This document shows positions 30,993 to 40,510 of a DNA stretch of 64,000 nucleotides, piece after piece. This stretch comes from an uncultured SAR116 cluster alpha proteobacterium. Lineage in GTDB: Bacteria; Pseudomonadota; Alphaproteobacteria; Puniceispirillales; Marisalimonadaceae. The stretch spans positions 23,438 through 87,437 of the forward strand of contig CACMTN010000006.1 in NCBI GenBank assembly GCA_902616615.1, read 5' to 3'. The notes under the pieces were generated by a model that worked only from the letters and a program-made list of their open reading frames with translations, was not told the DNA's origin and made no database searches. Both the position numbers and the translations under genes were made by a program. How positions within the stretch are numbered: the stretch's first letter is position 1; each line of letters starts with the position of its first letter.

Positions 30993-32702
30993 CTAAGAAG
31001 AATTTTCATCTTTTTTTGCTAAAGCAGCCCCTAAGATATCACCTAAACTTGCTCCACTATCTGACGAGCCATATTCAGCCATAGCTTTCTTTTCTTCCTC
31101 AATTTCTTTAGCTTTGATAGAAAGAGAAATTTTTCTTGATTTTTTATCAATATTAGTAACCATGGCGTCAATTTTATCACCTAAACCATAACGATCGGTT
31201 TTCTGATCAGCTCGTTCACGCGACAAATCATTTTTCTTAATAAATCCTTTTAGCTTGTCACCAACACTAACTTCTAAACCATTTTCGTTTATTTCGGCAA
31301 TTGTACACGTCACTGTTGAGCCTTTTCTGATATTATCTATTTCAGTAGCAGTAACATCTTCTGTAAGTTGTTTTATACCAAGTGATATTCTTTCTTTTTC
31401 TACATCTATGTCTAATATTTTAGCTTTGACTTTAGCTCCCTTTACAAAATCTTTAATTAGTTCGTCACCATTGCCGTCCCAACTAATATCTGATAAATGA
31501 ACTAAACCGTCTATATCTTCAGTAAGTGCTATAAATAAGCCAAACTCAGTTATGTTTCTTATTTCACCTTCTATAACATCACCAATTTTGTTTGAATTTT
31601 TGTAATTTTCCCAAGGATTATCTACGCATTGTTTTATCCCAAGTGAAATACGTCTTTTTTGAACGTCAATTTCAAGAACCATAACTTCAACTTTTTCTGA
31701 TGTTGATACAATTTTCCCTGGATGTACATTTTTCTTTGTCCAGCTCATTTCAGATACATGAACCAAACCTTCTATACCATCTTCCAACTCAACAAAAGAT
31801 CCATAATCAGTTATATTAGTAACTGTTCCAGACATTTTCGCACCAATTGGGAATCTTTCAAAAACTTTGATCCAAGGATCCTCAGTTAACTGTTTTATTC
31901 CAAGTGAAATTCTCTGAGTTTCGTCATTAAACTTTATGACTTTAACCTGAACAGACTCCCCAATCTGCAGAGCCTCTGACGGATGATTTATTCTTTTCCA
32001 GGATATGTCTGTAACATGCAAAAGCCCATCAACACCTCCTAAGTCAACAAAGGCACCGTAATCAGTTATGTTTTTTATTACACCTTGTAAGATTTGACCT
32101 TCTTGGAGATTTGCAACAAGTTCAGTTCTTGCCTCAGCGCGACTATCCTCTAAAACCGCTCTTCTAGATACAACTATATTTCCTCTTCTTCTATCCATTT
32201 TTAATATTTGAAAAGGTTGAGGTGTTCCCATTAATACACCAAGGTCTTTAATTGGTCTTATATCTACTTGGCTTCCAGGCAAAAAAGCAGTAGCACCTTC
32301 TAAATCAACGGTAAAACCACCTTTGACTTTGCCAAAAATTATTCCATTTACCCTTTGTTGTTTTTCTAACGCAATTTCAAGGTTTACCCAAGCTTCTTCT
32401 CGTCTCGCTTTTTCTCTACTTAAAATAGCATTTCCATTTACATCTTCAAGCCTTTCAATGTAGACTTCAACTGTGTCTCCTATTTTTATTTTAATTTCTT
32501 CGTCATTATTACCAAATTCTCTAAGAGGAACTCGTCCTTCACATTTCAGGCCAACATCAATTAAAATCATGTCTTTTTCAATTGATAAAACTGTTCCAGA
32601 TACCACTGATCCTTCAATACTAGTCATTTCCTGAAAACTTTGGTCTAATAATTCTGCAAAGCTTTCTGCTGAGGATTTGGCAGTCATTTCAGCTTGATTC
32701 AA
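30993..32702 (-). CDS. rpsA: 30S ribosomal protein S1
   Basis: Six S1 domains (NITDYGAFVDLGGVDGLLH etc.); TTG start after AGGAG. Confidence 0.99.
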   Translation of the reverse strand: MNQAEMTAKSSAESFAELLDQSFQEMTSIEGSVVSGTVLSIEKDMILIDVGLKCEGRVPLREFGNNDEEIKIKIGDTVEVYIERLEDVNGNAILSREKARREEAWVNLEIALEKQQRVNGIIFGKVKGGFTVDLEGATAFLPGSQVDIRPIKDLGVLMGTPQPFQILKMDRRRGNIVVSRRAVLEDSRAEARTELVANLQEGQILQGVIKNITDYGAFVDLGGVDGLLHVTDISWKRINHPSEALQIGESVQVKVIKFNDETQRISLGIKQLTEDPWIKVFERFPIGAKMSGTVTNITDYGSFVELEDGIEGLVHVSEMSWTKKNVHPGKIVSTSEKVEVMVLEIDVQKRRISLGIKQCVDNPWENYKNSNKIGDVIEGEIRNITEFGLFIALTEDIDGLVHLSDISWDGNGDELIKDFVKGAKVKAKILDIDVEKERISLGIKQLTEDVTATEIDNIRKGSTVTCTIAEINENGLEVSVGDKLKGFIKKNDLSRERADQKTDRYGLGDKIDAMVTNIDKKSRKISLSIKAKEIEEEKKAMAEYGSSDSGASLGDILGAALAKKDENSS

Positions 32703-32853
32703 TATTTTCTCCTATACTTTATTGTAAATCATTCATTTTTTTGATGGTATAAATTCTTGAACTTTTTATATCAACTAATTAATTCCCGTGAAAATTTAAT
32801 TACTACATTTTATTTGCAAGTTAGTAGTTAAAAAGTAAAATTTAAATTCAAAG

Positions 32854-33510
32854 TTATAGTTTTCCTTCAATAATTTTGCTCACTTCTAAAAATAACTGTT
32901 CAGCATTCATTGAACTTGTATCAATTACATAAGCATCTTCCGCAGGAACAAGTGGTGATATCAACCTGTTATTATCCAATCTATCCCTAACAATCATTTT
33001 TTCGATCAAAGATTGCAACATACACTCTTCATCATTTTCATGCAAGAAAGATATATTTTTTTCTAATAATCTTCTTTTTGCTCTAATTTCAATAGAGGCA
33101 TCAATAAAAAATTTGAAATCAGCATTGGGAAGAATTTTTGTCCCAATATCACGTCCATCAAGTACACAACCAGAAAATTTATTAATATTTTCATTCACAA
33201 ATGTTTTTTGTTTATTATCTAATATTTTTCTTAATTCAGGAATAGTAGCAATTTTTGAAGCCAGGGAAGCAATTTCTTCAGATCTTAAATTTTCTTTTAT
33301 CAAGTCTTGAAAATCTAATTTTTTAGCTATTTCACAACTATTTACTTCTAAATTACCATAATTCATTTTTTTCTGATCTATTAGATCACTAGCAACTTTT
33401 CTATACAAAAGACCGGTGTCTAAGTGTACAAAATTATATTTAGATGCCAATTTTTTAGCCAATGTACCTTTACCTGAAGCAGCAGTACCGTCTATCGCTA
33501 TTTTTATCAT
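32854..33510 (-). CDS. cmk: Cytidylate kinase
   Basis: IAIDG.AASGKGT, LDTGLLYR, LDGRDIGT. Confidence 0.98.
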   Translation of the reverse strand: MIKIAIDGTAASGKGTLAKKLASKYNFVHLDTGLLYRKVASDLIDQKKMNYGNLEVNSCEIAKKLDFQDLIKENLRSEEIASLASKIATIPELRKILDNKQKTFVNENINKFSGCVLDGRDIGTKILPNADFKFFIDASIEIRAKRRLLEKNISFLHENDEECMLQSLIEKMIVRDRLDNNRLISPLVPAEDAYVIDTSSMNAEQLFLEVSKIIEGKL

Positions 33511-33542
33511 TGAAAAACTAACTCTCTAAAAGTTCTTTTTAT

Positions 33543-34874
33543 TTATACATAGCTTAATTTAGCTCCAATTCCATTCATAGTTTCAAGAAATAATGGAAAA
33601 GAAGAATTAATAGTATCAGTATCTTCTACCTTAATAGGATTTTCAGCTATTAATCCTGCACATAAAAAGGACATCGCAATTCTATGATCAAGATTTGATT
33701 TAATTGTGACGTTGCCATTTAAAGAATAATTAAAACCTTGACCTTTAACAACCATGCTGTCTCTATTACCTGTTGTTTCAATACCTAGAGAATTTAAACC
33801 TCTGCACATTGCAGTGATTCTGTCTGTTTCTTTGTATCTTAATTCTTCAATACCATTCATTATAGTGTTACCTTGAGCTTTAATAGCTGCAATAGAAAGT
33901 ATTGGGTATTCATCAATCATTGATGCAACTCTAGATTTTGGAATAGTTATTCCTTTCAAAATACTATAACTTGATGTAATGTCCGCTATTGGTTCACCAT
34001 TAATATTTCTTCTATTAGAAAATGAAATATTTGCCCCCATCTCTATTAAAGTTTTATACAAACCCATCCTTAAATCATTAACGCATACATTCAAAACTTT
34101 AATTTGACTGTTAGGAGTTATTAATGAAGCTACAACAGGAAATGCCGCACTTGATGGGTCTGAAGGAACTTCAATATCAAGTGGTTTAAGAGTAGGTAGA
34201 CCTTCCATTGTGATTTTCCAATAGGTATTTGGAAGTTGTGTCGTAGATATTTTTGCACCAAGAAATTTTAACATTCTTTCGGTATGGTCTCTTGACAAGG
34301 CTGGTTCAATAACAGAAGTATTCCCTATTGAAGAAAGTCCTGATAACAAAATACTAGATTTGATTTGAGCTGACGCAACAGGACTTTCATATTCAACAGG
34401 TATTGGAATTTTACTACCCTTTATTTTTATAGGCAAGTTGTCATTATTTGGATTATCAAAGGTTGCCCCAGTTTTTAATAGTGGCAAAATAATTCTTTTC
34501 ATTGGTCTTTTGGACAGAGAATCATCACCTGCAATCGTAGCTTCAACATCAGAGCCAGCTATTAATCCCATGAGTAATCTTGCCCCAGTTCCAGAATTAC
34601 CCATATCTAAGTAAAAATCAGAACCATTTAAATTTCCAATACCATCACCAATGACTTCCCAAATTTTGTTGTTTTTATTAATTCTCAAACCAAGTTTTTT
34701 AAGTGCATCTGCAGTTGCAATAACATCTTCACTTTCTAGTAAGTTTTTTATCTTAATTTTGCCTGTTACCATTGACCCAATAATAAGGGATCTGTGTGAA
34801 ATTGACTTATCACCTGGTACAATTATGTCCCCAGATAATCTGGAGCATTTATTTGAAAATATAGAATTTACCAA
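33543..34874 (-). CDS. aroA: 3-phosphoshikimate 1-carboxyvinyltransferase
   Basis: PGDKSISHR, GNSGT, ASAQIKS, RDHTERML, ELRYKETDR, DHRIAM. Confidence 0.99.
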   Translation of the reverse strand: MVNSIFSNKCSRLSGDIIVPGDKSISHRSLIIGSMVTGKIKIKNLLESEDVIATADALKKLGLRINKNNKIWEVIGDGIGNLNGSDFYLDMGNSGTGARLLMGLIAGSDVEATIAGDDSLSKRPMKRIILPLLKTGATFDNPNNDNLPIKIKGSKIPIPVEYESPVASAQIKSSILLSGLSSIGNTSVIEPALSRDHTERMLKFLGAKISTTQLPNTYWKITMEGLPTLKPLDIEVPSDPSSAAFPVVASLITPNSQIKVLNVCVNDLRMGLYKTLIEMGANISFSNRRNINGEPIADITSSYSILKGITIPKSRVASMIDEYPILSIAAIKAQGNTIMNGIEELRYKETDRITAMCRGLNSLGIETTGNRDSMVVKGQGFNYSLNGNVTIKSNLDHRIAMSFLCAGLIAENPIKVEDTDTINSSFPLFLETMNGIGAKLSYV

Positions 34875-35022
34875 AAAACTTTTCCTCTAATTTAATTGAT
34901 TAATATATATTTTATTTGTTAAAAGTTAATAAAATTATTAAAAATATTTTGACAGATTATATTTTTTTCGTCTAATCCGATTATAATCATAATTGTAATT
35001 TATTTTGTTATGGAGATTTATA

Positions 35023-35445
35023 ATGGCAAAACCTGAATGGGGAAGAAAGAGAACTTGTCAAGTTTGTGGAAAAAAATTTTATGATCTTAACAAATCTCCA
35101 ATTATTTGCCCCTGTCCTGAAGCTGTTGAATTTGATCCAGATTTATTATTAAAAAATAGAAAAGGGAAAAATTTATCTACAAAACCTACAACAGTGAATG
35201 ATAATGATTTATCAAAAGAAATTTCTGAAATAGATGATATTGAGATTGATACAGAAAATGAAGTTGTAAGTGATGATGACCCTTTGCTTGAAATAAATAA
35301 AGATGATCAAGATGAAATTACTGATGATGAAATTAGTATCGATGATGACATTAATTTTATTGAAGAGGACGAAATCACAGAAGATGACGATATTGAAGAT
35401 GATAACAGCATAAATATAGAAATAGATGCAGATGAAAAAGACTAA
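35023..35445 (+). CDS. TIGR02300/FYDLN-acid family protein
   Basis: MAKPEWG.KR.C..CGKKFYDLNK.PI.CP plus a very acidic tail; ATG 35023 after GGAG; classic position between aroA and tRNA-Ala. Confidence 0.93.
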   Translation: MAKPEWGRKRTCQVCGKKFYDLNKSPIICPCPEAVEFDPDLLLKNRKGKNLSTKPTTVNDNDLSKEISEIDDIEIDTENEVVSDDDPLLEINKDDQDEITDDEISIDDDINFIEEDEITEDDDIEDDNSINIEIDADEKD

Positions 35446-35452
35446 AATTATT

Positions 35453-35528
35453 GGGGCTATAGCTCAGCTGGGAGAGCGCTACACTGGCAGTGTAGAGGTC
35501 AGGGGTTCGAACCCCCTTAGCTCCACCA
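35453..35528 (+). tRNA. tRNA-Ala (GGC), CCA encoded
   Basis: GGGGCTA/TAGCTCC acceptor with G3-U70, CTACA/TGTAG anticodon stem with CT-GGC-AG loop, TTCGAAC, ACCA. Confidence 0.99.
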
Positions 35529-35592
35529 TTATTTAGGAGTTTTACATAGATACTTACCAAATAATTTATATATATGTTTTTGGATTTCATGT

Positions 35593-36531
35593 ATGCCTGT
35601 CGTAGCCTTTTACAGTAGAGACAGTAATTTAGAGCTTCAGGATGAATGGGAAAAAAGACTAGGGGCTTATTACCCAAGAATAAAATTAGTTCCCTTATTA
35701 AGTGATCAAGCAAAAGAAGCAATAACAGCTCTTTTGTGGAAACCTCCGCTACAAAGAGTGAGAAAATTAAGTAACTTAAAAGGACTGATTTCTTTAGGGC
35801 AAGGTGTTGATCATATTTTAAAAGACAATTTAATTGATAATAAAATACCAGTTGTAAAAATTGTTGACCCATTTATGGCAAAATCTATGAGTCATTGGGT
35901 AATTTTATCTGTACTAAATTTTATTAGGGACACCTTTGGTTATTATGATCAACAAAAAAATAAGATATACAGGTCTAGAAAAGAGATTAATTTCAGCTCT
36001 TTAAAAATTGCTGTTTACGGAATTGGAGCAATTGGCAGTGTTGTTGCTAAAGATCTTAAACATTTAGGTTTTAAAGTTGAAGGATGGAGTAGAACTGAAA
36101 AAAATATTACTGGTCTAAATTCTTTCAATGGTAAAACCAAATTCAAAGAGTTACTTAAAAAATGCGATATTCATATTTGTCTTCTTCCCTTGACTAATCA
36201 AACCTATAATATTTTTAATAATTCAGCATTCAAAATTATGAAACCTGGTTCATGTTTTATTAATGCTGGTAGAGGAGAACAGGTAGTTGAAAAACATTTA
36301 ATTGAAAATTGCAAGTCAGGTCGAATTTCTTCAGCTATTTTAGACGTTTATCGTAAAGAACCTTTGTCAAAAAATAGTAAATTATGGGAACAAAAAAATA
36401 TCAGAATTTGGCCTCATGTTGCTGCTGAAACAAATCCTGAAACTGCGGCTAAACAAATTGCAAATGCAATTAAATGTTTTGAGAATGGAAAATTACCTCC
36501 TAATACAATAGAAAGAAAACTCGGTTACTAA
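35593..36531 (+). CDS. ghrA: Glyoxylate/hydroxypyruvate reductase A-like D-2-hydroxyacid dehydrogenase
   Basis: GQGVDH, G.GAIG, GWSRT, LLPLT..T, INAGRG, LDVY..EPL, PHVAA. Confidence 0.82.
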   Translation: MPVVAFYSRDSNLELQDEWEKRLGAYYPRIKLVPLLSDQAKEAITALLWKPPLQRVRKLSNLKGLISLGQGVDHILKDNLIDNKIPVVKIVDPFMAKSMSHWVILSVLNFIRDTFGYYDQQKNKIYRSRKEINFSSLKIAVYGIGAIGSVVAKDLKHLGFKVEGWSRTEKNITGLNSFNGKTKFKELLKKCDIHICLLPLTNQTYNIFNNSAFKIMKPGSCFINAGRGEQVVEKHLIENCKSGRISSAILDVYRKEPLSKNSKLWEQKNIRIWPHVAAETNPETAAKQIANAIKCFENGKLPPNTIERKLGY

Positions 36532-36544
36532 TAGTTTAAATTTT

Positions 36545-37303
36545 ATGGAGATTTTCATGGATTTAATAAACAAAATTACGTCTTCGGATAATATACGTGG
36601 TGCAATGATTTTTGAATTTTTTAGTCCTGGAATACCAATAATACTAAAAAACTCTGGTTGTGAATTCATAATTTTTGACATGGAGCATGGAGGACTATCA
36701 TTAGAGCATTTTAAAACTCTTGCTATTATTTCCAAAGCTCATAATGTCGTTCCATTTATAAGAATACCTGAAGTAAATTATAATTATGTAGCTAGAGCTT
36801 TAGATTTAGGTGCTTCTGGTATTATGGCACCAATGGTTAATACGCCTGATGATGCTTTAAAAATTGTTAATTCGTCTAAGTACCCTCCAAAAGGTAAAAG
36901 AGGTGCTGGATTTGGCTTTGCACATGATAATTATATTAATCAAGATCCTTTATTATACATTGAAAAAGCAAATAATTCCCTCATAAATATTATTCAAATT
37001 GAAACTAAAACAGCTCTGGAAAATGTAAAAGAAATAGCATCGATAGATGGGGTAGACTGTCTTTGGGTTGGACATTTTGATCTTACAAATTTTTTAGGAA
37101 TACCCGGAGATTTTAATTCAAAAATTTATTTAGATGCAATTAATGAAATTATTGATGCAGCGAAATCTAATGATAAAAGTCTTGGAATAATGGTAAATAA
37201 TAGAGACGAGTTAAAAACTTATAACAAACTTGGTTTTAATATGATTGCAGTTGGAACTGAAATGAATATTTTGTCAAGATCAATATCTCAAATATTAGAA
37301 TGA
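36545..37303 (+). CDS. HpcH/HpaI (class II pyruvate) aldolase family protein
   Basis: FDMEHG, RIP, LDLGA.GIMAPMV, YPP.G.RG, IQIET, VGHFDL. Confidence 0.9.
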   Translation: MEIFMDLINKITSSDNIRGAMIFEFFSPGIPIILKNSGCEFIIFDMEHGGLSLEHFKTLAIISKAHNVVPFIRIPEVNYNYVARALDLGASGIMAPMVNTPDDALKIVNSSKYPPKGKRGAGFGFAHDNYINQDPLLYIEKANNSLINIIQIETKTALENVKEIASIDGVDCLWVGHFDLTNFLGIPGDFNSKIYLDAINEIIDAAKSNDKSLGIMVNNRDELKTYNKLGFNMIAVGTEMNILSRSISQILE

Positions 37304-37334
37304 CTTTAACCATTAAAATAAAAGGGGTAAAAAT

Positions 37335-38311
37335 ATGTTCAAAGTGGGTATTTCTGGAGATTTATTAAATAGTGTCAATGAGCCATGTTTTGGCTTTGGT
37401 CCTTTAAATCTTTTGAAAAATAGAGCTGATTTTGAAATATCTTGGATGGATAAAACAATAAATGAGTTAAACACAGAGATGACATCAACATTTGACGCAA
37501 TACTTCTGAATTTACCAAAAGCTAATGCAGATTGTATTTCACAATTAAACCCTAGATTAAAAATAATTTCTAGATTTGGAGTAGGTTTTGATACTGTTGA
37601 CATAGAAGCTATGAAAAGAAAAAACATTATTGTAACTAATACCCCTAATGCCGTCCGCAGGCCGGTTGCGGTTGCAGCTCTTACAATGATATTTGCAGCT
37701 GCTGGAAAAATATTTCAAAAAGACAACCTTGTAAGAAGAAATGATTGGAATGAAAGAACTAATTTGATGGGTACTGGTCTAACTAGAAAGGTTTTAGGGA
37801 TAGTAGGAGCAGGGAATATAGGCGGTGAAACAATAAAGTTATCTAAGCCTTTTTTTAAAAATATTTTAGCTTATGATCCGTTTAAGTCTAATAATGAATT
37901 ATCCAAGATAGGTGCAATAAAAGTTGATCTTTATGAATTAGCGACGAAAAGCGATTTCATAGTAATACTATGTAATCTTGATAAAAACACTAAAGGCATG
38001 ATTAATTCAGATTTTTTTCAAATATGAAAAATACAGCTTATATATTTAATTTGTCTAGAGGTCCTGTGATAAATGAAAATCATTTGGAAGAGGCATTAGA
38101 GGGTAAGATAATTGCAGGAGCTGGATTAGATGTAACTGAAAAAGAACCTCTTTCTAAAAATAGTAAATTATTAAAATTTGAAAATGTAATTATCACACCA
38201 CACGCACTTTGTTGGACAGATGAATGTTTTAATGATATCGCTACAGAAGCAATCAACTCTATAATAAATTTTGTAGATAAAAAACCTATTCTCAATCAAG
38301 TAAACAAGTAG
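37335..38311 (+). pseudogene. D-2-hydroxyacid dehydrogenase (SerA/GyaR-like) interrupted by a -1 frameshift at a T7 run (38012-38018)
   Basis: ORF 37335-38027 has RFGVGFD and GAGNIG; ORF 38024-38311 has SRG, LDVTEKEP, TPH; one extra T gives a continuous 325-aa reading ...SDFFSNMKNTAY... Confidence 0.85.
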
Positions 38312-38315
38312 TTTT

Positions 38316-38780
38316 TTATGCTGCTATTTCACTTTTAGTTTGAGATATCACTGCTAAGGCACTTTCTGAAGTCTTACAACCTCTCAATTTAGTAGTAAGC
38401 TCTTTATTTCTTAAAAGTCTTGAAATTAAAGCTAAGGCTTGTAAATGTTCTGAGCCATTATCTTCAGGAGCTAATAATAAAAATATAATGTCAACAGGCA
38501 AATCATCTGTAGAGTTAAAATCCAACCCATCAACTAGTGTTGAAACAAAAACATAAGGTTTATCAATGTTAGCAATATTAGCATGAGGTATGGCAATACC
38601 GTTCCCAACAGCAGTCGAGCCTAGTTTTTCCCTTTTTGTCAGAATTTCCAATAAATTTCTAGAATTTATTTTAAGTTTTTTTGCCGCTAATTTGCTCAAT
38701 TCATCCAGTACTTGTTTTTTACTAGTACCAAGAAGGTTAATTAAGAAAGCATCATTACTTAACATTTCATTGATATTCAT
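38316..38780 (-). CDS. ptsN: PTS IIA-like nitrogen regulatory protein EIIA-Ntr
   Basis: REKLGSTAVGNGIAIPH (phospho-His), PVDIIFLLLAP, HLQALALISR. Confidence 0.93.
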   Translation of the reverse strand: MNINEMLSNDAFLINLLGTSKKQVLDELSKLAAKKLKINSRNLLEILTKREKLGSTAVGNGIAIPHANIANIDKPYVFVSTLVDGLDFNSTDDLPVDIIFLLLAPEDNGSEHLQALALISRLLRNKELTTKLRGCKTSESALAVISQTKSEIAA

Positions 38781-38868
38781 ATTTTACCTTTAAACTTTGG
38801 AGTAAATTTAACAGATTTTGTTAATTAATATTAAGTTACATATCAGTCAAGCTAATAAATTTTTTTTT

Positions 38869-39720
38869 TTAAAAATTATTTCCAAGATAAACATCTCTAA
38901 CTCTTCTGTCAGATTTAATTTGATCAGGATCACCTGACATTATCACAGTCCCATTAAAAAGAATATAAGCTCTATCAACTATTTTAAGAGTTTCTCTAAC
39001 ATTGTGATCTGTAATTAATACTCCTATATTTTTAGATTTTAGCTTATAGATTAAATTTCTTACATCATTTATTGCTATGGGGTCTATTCCAGCTAATGGT
39101 TCGTCAAGAAGAATGAAATTTGGTTTTGTTGCTAAGGCTCGAGCTATTTCTGTTCTTCTTCTTTCTCCTCCAGATAATGTTGCCCCATATGAATTTCTAA
39201 TTTTGCTTATATTGAACTCTGACATTAACTCTTCTAAAATTTGAATTTTTTGATTATTTGAATAGCTTTGTATTTCTAAAACGGATAGTATGTTTTCTTC
39301 TACTGTTAAGCCTTTAAATATAGATGTTTCTTGTGGCAAATATCCAATGCCTCCTCTTGCACGCATATGCATTGGTAGGTGATTAATCTTTTTTTGATTT
39401 AGGAGTATGTCTCCTTCATCAGTGTCAATAAGTCCAGCAATCATGTAAAAACATGTAGTTTTTCCAGCTCCATTAGGACCAAGAAGACCAACAGCTTCAC
39501 CTTTATTTAAATGTAATGATACTTTGTCAACAACCTTTCTATTTTCATAAGTTTTAGAAATAGAAACAACTTTCAACTCTTGTTTTAAGTTTTTGTTTTC
39601 AGAATTAATTATGAGTTTGTTTGAGTCAAATAACATAGAATCATTCTTATTATTTTGTTCTATTGACAATGACTTTAAGCGTTTAAGTTCTTCTTGTAAA
39701 TTAGTCAGTTTAGTCTCCAT
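38869..39720 (-). CDS. lptB: LPS export ABC ATPase LptB
   Basis: GPNGAGKTTCFYM, GYLPQE.SIF, LSGGERRR.EIARAL, ITDHNVRETL, VYLG..F; about 45 aa N-terminal extension. Confidence 0.96.
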   Translation of the reverse strand: METKLTNLQEELKRLKSLSIEQNNKNDSMLFDSNKLIINSENKNLKQELKVVSISKTYENRKVVDKVSLHLNKGEAVGLLGPNGAGKTTCFYMIAGLIDTDEGDILLNQKKINHLPMHMRARGGIGYLPQETSIFKGLTVEENILSVLEIQSYSNNQKIQILEELMSEFNISKIRNSYGATLSGGERRRTEIARALATKPNFILLDEPLAGIDPIAINDVRNLIYKLKSKNIGVLITDHNVRETLKIVDRAYILFNGTVIMSGDPDQIKSDRRVRDVYLGNNF

Positions 39721-40510
39721 TTTTTTGTTTTTTTATAGGAGCAAAAGTACCTTTAACACGTTTTTTATTTTTTGGATCACCAACAATATTACTTATTCCA
39801 GTTTTCAAGTTTGTAAAGCCTTTAGAGCCTGAAACTTTTGATTTCTGATTAATTATCACAACATTACCTGATAATTGTATTATTTCATTATCTGAATTAT
39901 AAATCCCCAAATCAGCCATAGATTTTCTACCTTTAATTTTGTTTTCAATGATAACATTACCCTTGGCAATAGCTTTTTTTAAAGATTTTTTGTTTGCTTC
40001 AAAGTCGGCTTTAACATTATCTGCATAAATTATTGTTTTATTTGATAATATTATTTTTACATCTCCTTCAGCCTCAGCTTTATTCTTTAATTCATCAAAA
40101 ATTATAAATTTTTTGGATTCTATATATCCAGATTTAGAAGAGAATGTCTGGAAAGGTCCTGATATTTTAGCTATTTTGTCTTTAAAATCATACGTCATGT
40201 TTTGACCGGTGGCTCTTGTATCTACTTTTATAAGAAGGACTTTTTCTTTGGCAATAATTTTTTTTAAAATATTTTCTCCATTTTCAAAAACATAGTCGGC
40301 TTTTACAAAATTTCCATTTAAAGTTATATCATCTTTTTTTAGAATTACATTTCCTTTTGCCAGATAATATTTTTCTTTTTCAAACCATTCTAATGATTCG
40401 TCAGCCTCAACAGTTAATTCTGACTTTTTATTATTGGTTTTTGCCAAGACAAATTGTGAGAAGGAGACAAACAAAATTAAAACAAGTATAATTATTTTTT
40501 TAGTAGGCAT
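39710..40510 (-). CDS. lptA: LptA/OstA family periplasmic protein (two tandem jellyroll repeats)
   Basis: Signal peptide; repeated A.GNV motifs; C-terminal RVKG.F; lies between lptC and lptB. Confidence 0.85.
   Translation of the reverse strand: MPTKKIIILVLILFVSFSQFVLAKTNNKKSELTVEADESLEWFEKEKYYLAKGNVILKKDDITLNGNFVKADYVFENGENILKKIIAKEKVLLIKVDTRATGQNMTYDFKDKIAKISGPFQTFSSKSGYIESKKFIIFDELKNKAEAEGDVKIILSNKTIIYADNVKADFEANKKSLKKAIAKGNVIIENKIKGRKSMADLGIYNSDNEIIQLSGNVVIINQKSKVSGSKGFTNLKTGISNIVGDPKNKKRVKGTFAPIKKQKNGD

Noticed and set aside
30993-32702. Internal repeats in rpsA
   Set aside because: Ordinary S1 domains
35200-35445. GATGAT/GAA-rich low-complexity repeats
   Set aside because: They encode the normal acidic tail of the FYDLN-acid family; not an array
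35375-35872. 165-aa minus-strand ORF
   Set aside because: Overlaps TIGR02300, the entire tRNA-Ala and ghrA; its GGAKGVRTPDL segment is just the antisense tRNA
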